Positions 25,451 to 26,077 of a stretch of 26,077 nucleotides of DNA are shown one piece after another. Positions within the stretch are counted from its first letter, which is position 1, and each line of letters begins with the position of its first letter. The DNA lies in NCBI GenBank assembly GCA_044356455.1, contig JBIKWF010000059.1, positions 1-26,077 on the forward strand. The letters run 5' to 3'. The position numbers were made by a program, and so were the translations under genes. The notes beneath the pieces were generated by a model that saw nothing but the letters and a program-made list of their open reading frames with translations, ran no database searches and was not told where the DNA came from. The DNA is from Bdellovibrionota bacterium. Lineage in GTDB: Bacteria > Bdellovibrionota_C > UBA2361 > JBGSMV01.

Positions 25451-25512
25451 GGCTAACGGCTATGAGCAGCGGTGTGACCGCAGGGAGCATTCGCTGGCTC
25501 AATTTGTTCTCT
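25451..25512 (-). other. attC recombination site 1 (integron cassette site)
   Basis: Minus strand AGAGAAC-aaatt-GAGCCAGC-gaatgctccctgcggtcacacc-GCTGCTC-atagcc-GTTAGCC: R''/5 nt/8-bp L'' with extra C/7-bp L'/6 nt/R', 62 bp. Confidence 0.8.
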
Positions 25513-25561
25513 TCCGTATTTCTAACTTTGGTGTGGTTTCTAGGCAACTTTTCTGCCGATT

Positions 25562-25612
25562 TGTCGATTAGGGTTAGAAGGGCTAGGTCGCGGAGACACG
25601 GAGACCGCGGAG
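25562..25612 (+). repeat. Left inverted repeat of the GxxExxY unit
   Basis: Core cgcggagacacggagaccgcggag (25589-25612) ends at the ATG; imperfect extension tgtcgattagggttagaagggctag. Confidence 0.92.
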
Positions 25613-26029
25613 ATGGAAATCAACCAGATTACCGAAAAGATTATAGGTGCGGCTATCAAGGTGCACTCACTTCTAGGACCAGGCCTCTTCGAGCAAGTCT
25701 ACAAGGCATGCCTATTCCGCGAGCTCCAAAAGCAGAGCATCAAGGTTGCCAAAGAGGTCATGCTTCCGGTGCTCTATGACTGCGAATTAATAGACCTAGG
25801 GTACCGCCTAGACCTGCTAGTAGAGTCAGAGGTAATCGTTGAGTTAAAGGCGATCGAACGTCTTACCAGAGTCCATAGAACCCAGGTGCTAACTTATCTG
25901 AAGCTATCTCAAAAAACTGTTGGACTACTCATAAACTTCAATGCTGTACCGCTTAAGGATGGAATCGTGCGCATCGTTCGAGGTTACGCAGGACCTAAAC
26001 CCTCCGCGGTCTCCGTGTCTCCGCGCTAA
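25613..26029 (+). CDS. GxxExxY protein (PD-(D/E)xK nuclease superfamily)
   Basis: ITEKIIGAAIKVHSLLGPGLFEQVY (GxxExxY), YRLDLLVE..VIVELKA, QVLTYLK, GLLINFN. Confidence 0.95.
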   Translation: MEINQITEKIIGAAIKVHSLLGPGLFEQVYKACLFRELQKQSIKVAKEVMLPVLYDCELIDLGYRLDLLVESEVIVELKAIERLTRVHRTQVLTYLKLSQKTVGLLINFNAVPLKDGIVRIVRGYAGPKPSAVSVSPR

Positions 26030-26051
26030 TCCCTTCTTAACCCCTTCGACA
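26002..26051 (-). repeat. Right inverted repeat of the GxxExxY unit
   Basis: ctccgcggtctccgtgtctccgcg (26002-26025) is the exact reverse complement of 25589-25612; extension ctaatcccttcttaaccccttcgaca. Confidence 0.92.
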
Positions 26052-26077
26052 GAGTTTCCTCGAACATTCAAGTAGGA

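Noticed and set aside
25613..26029. Calling the GxxExxY unit a conventional insertion sequence
   Set aside because: There are no DDE, HUH or serine/tyrosine recombinase motifs and no clear target duplication; mobility remains a hypothesis.

Overview
This is a bacterial chromosome segment, and no rRNA, tRNA or CRISPR array was found. From 1 to ~21,150 it is mostly housekeeping or envelope genes: a CBS protein (partial), TraB/GumN, kdsD, a sigma28-driven flagellin plus a degenerate flagellin paralogue, a hepT/mntA toxin-antitoxin pair, four type IV minor pilin/pseudopilin genes, an RsmB/RsmF-type methyltransferase, a Cys-rich membrane protein, an HrpA/B-like helicase, ampD, yjbQ, a receiver protein, hisS and a DUF4129-DUF4350-MoxR-DUF58 operon. 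From ~21,500 to 25,512 there is a minus-strand integron-like cassette array. It has five attC-like sites that decay leftwards, no integrase in the window, and cassettes for DinB (array membership uncertain), a stop-interrupted DUF3617 lipoprotein, rhodanese, ORF6N and three hypothetical proteins. The most unusual signal is in the non-coding DNA. (i) A GxxExxY PD-(D/E)xK nuclease gene is enclosed by a perfect 24-bp (imperfect ~50-bp) inverted repeat built of 8-9-bp CTCCGYG units. (ii) Five gene-less palindromes built of related 9-bp CTYHGTG units are dispersed in intergenic regions, with arms in the opposite order; one is flipped relative to its flanks. (iii) A MITE-like shell (YTAR-GGAACCTCTGAAAAA...TTTTTCAGAGGTTCC-YTAR) sits mostly at stop codons and carries different palindromic cargos. 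Together these suggest a candidate nuclease/repeat system analogous to RAYT/REPIN. All calls were made by eye, without database searches.
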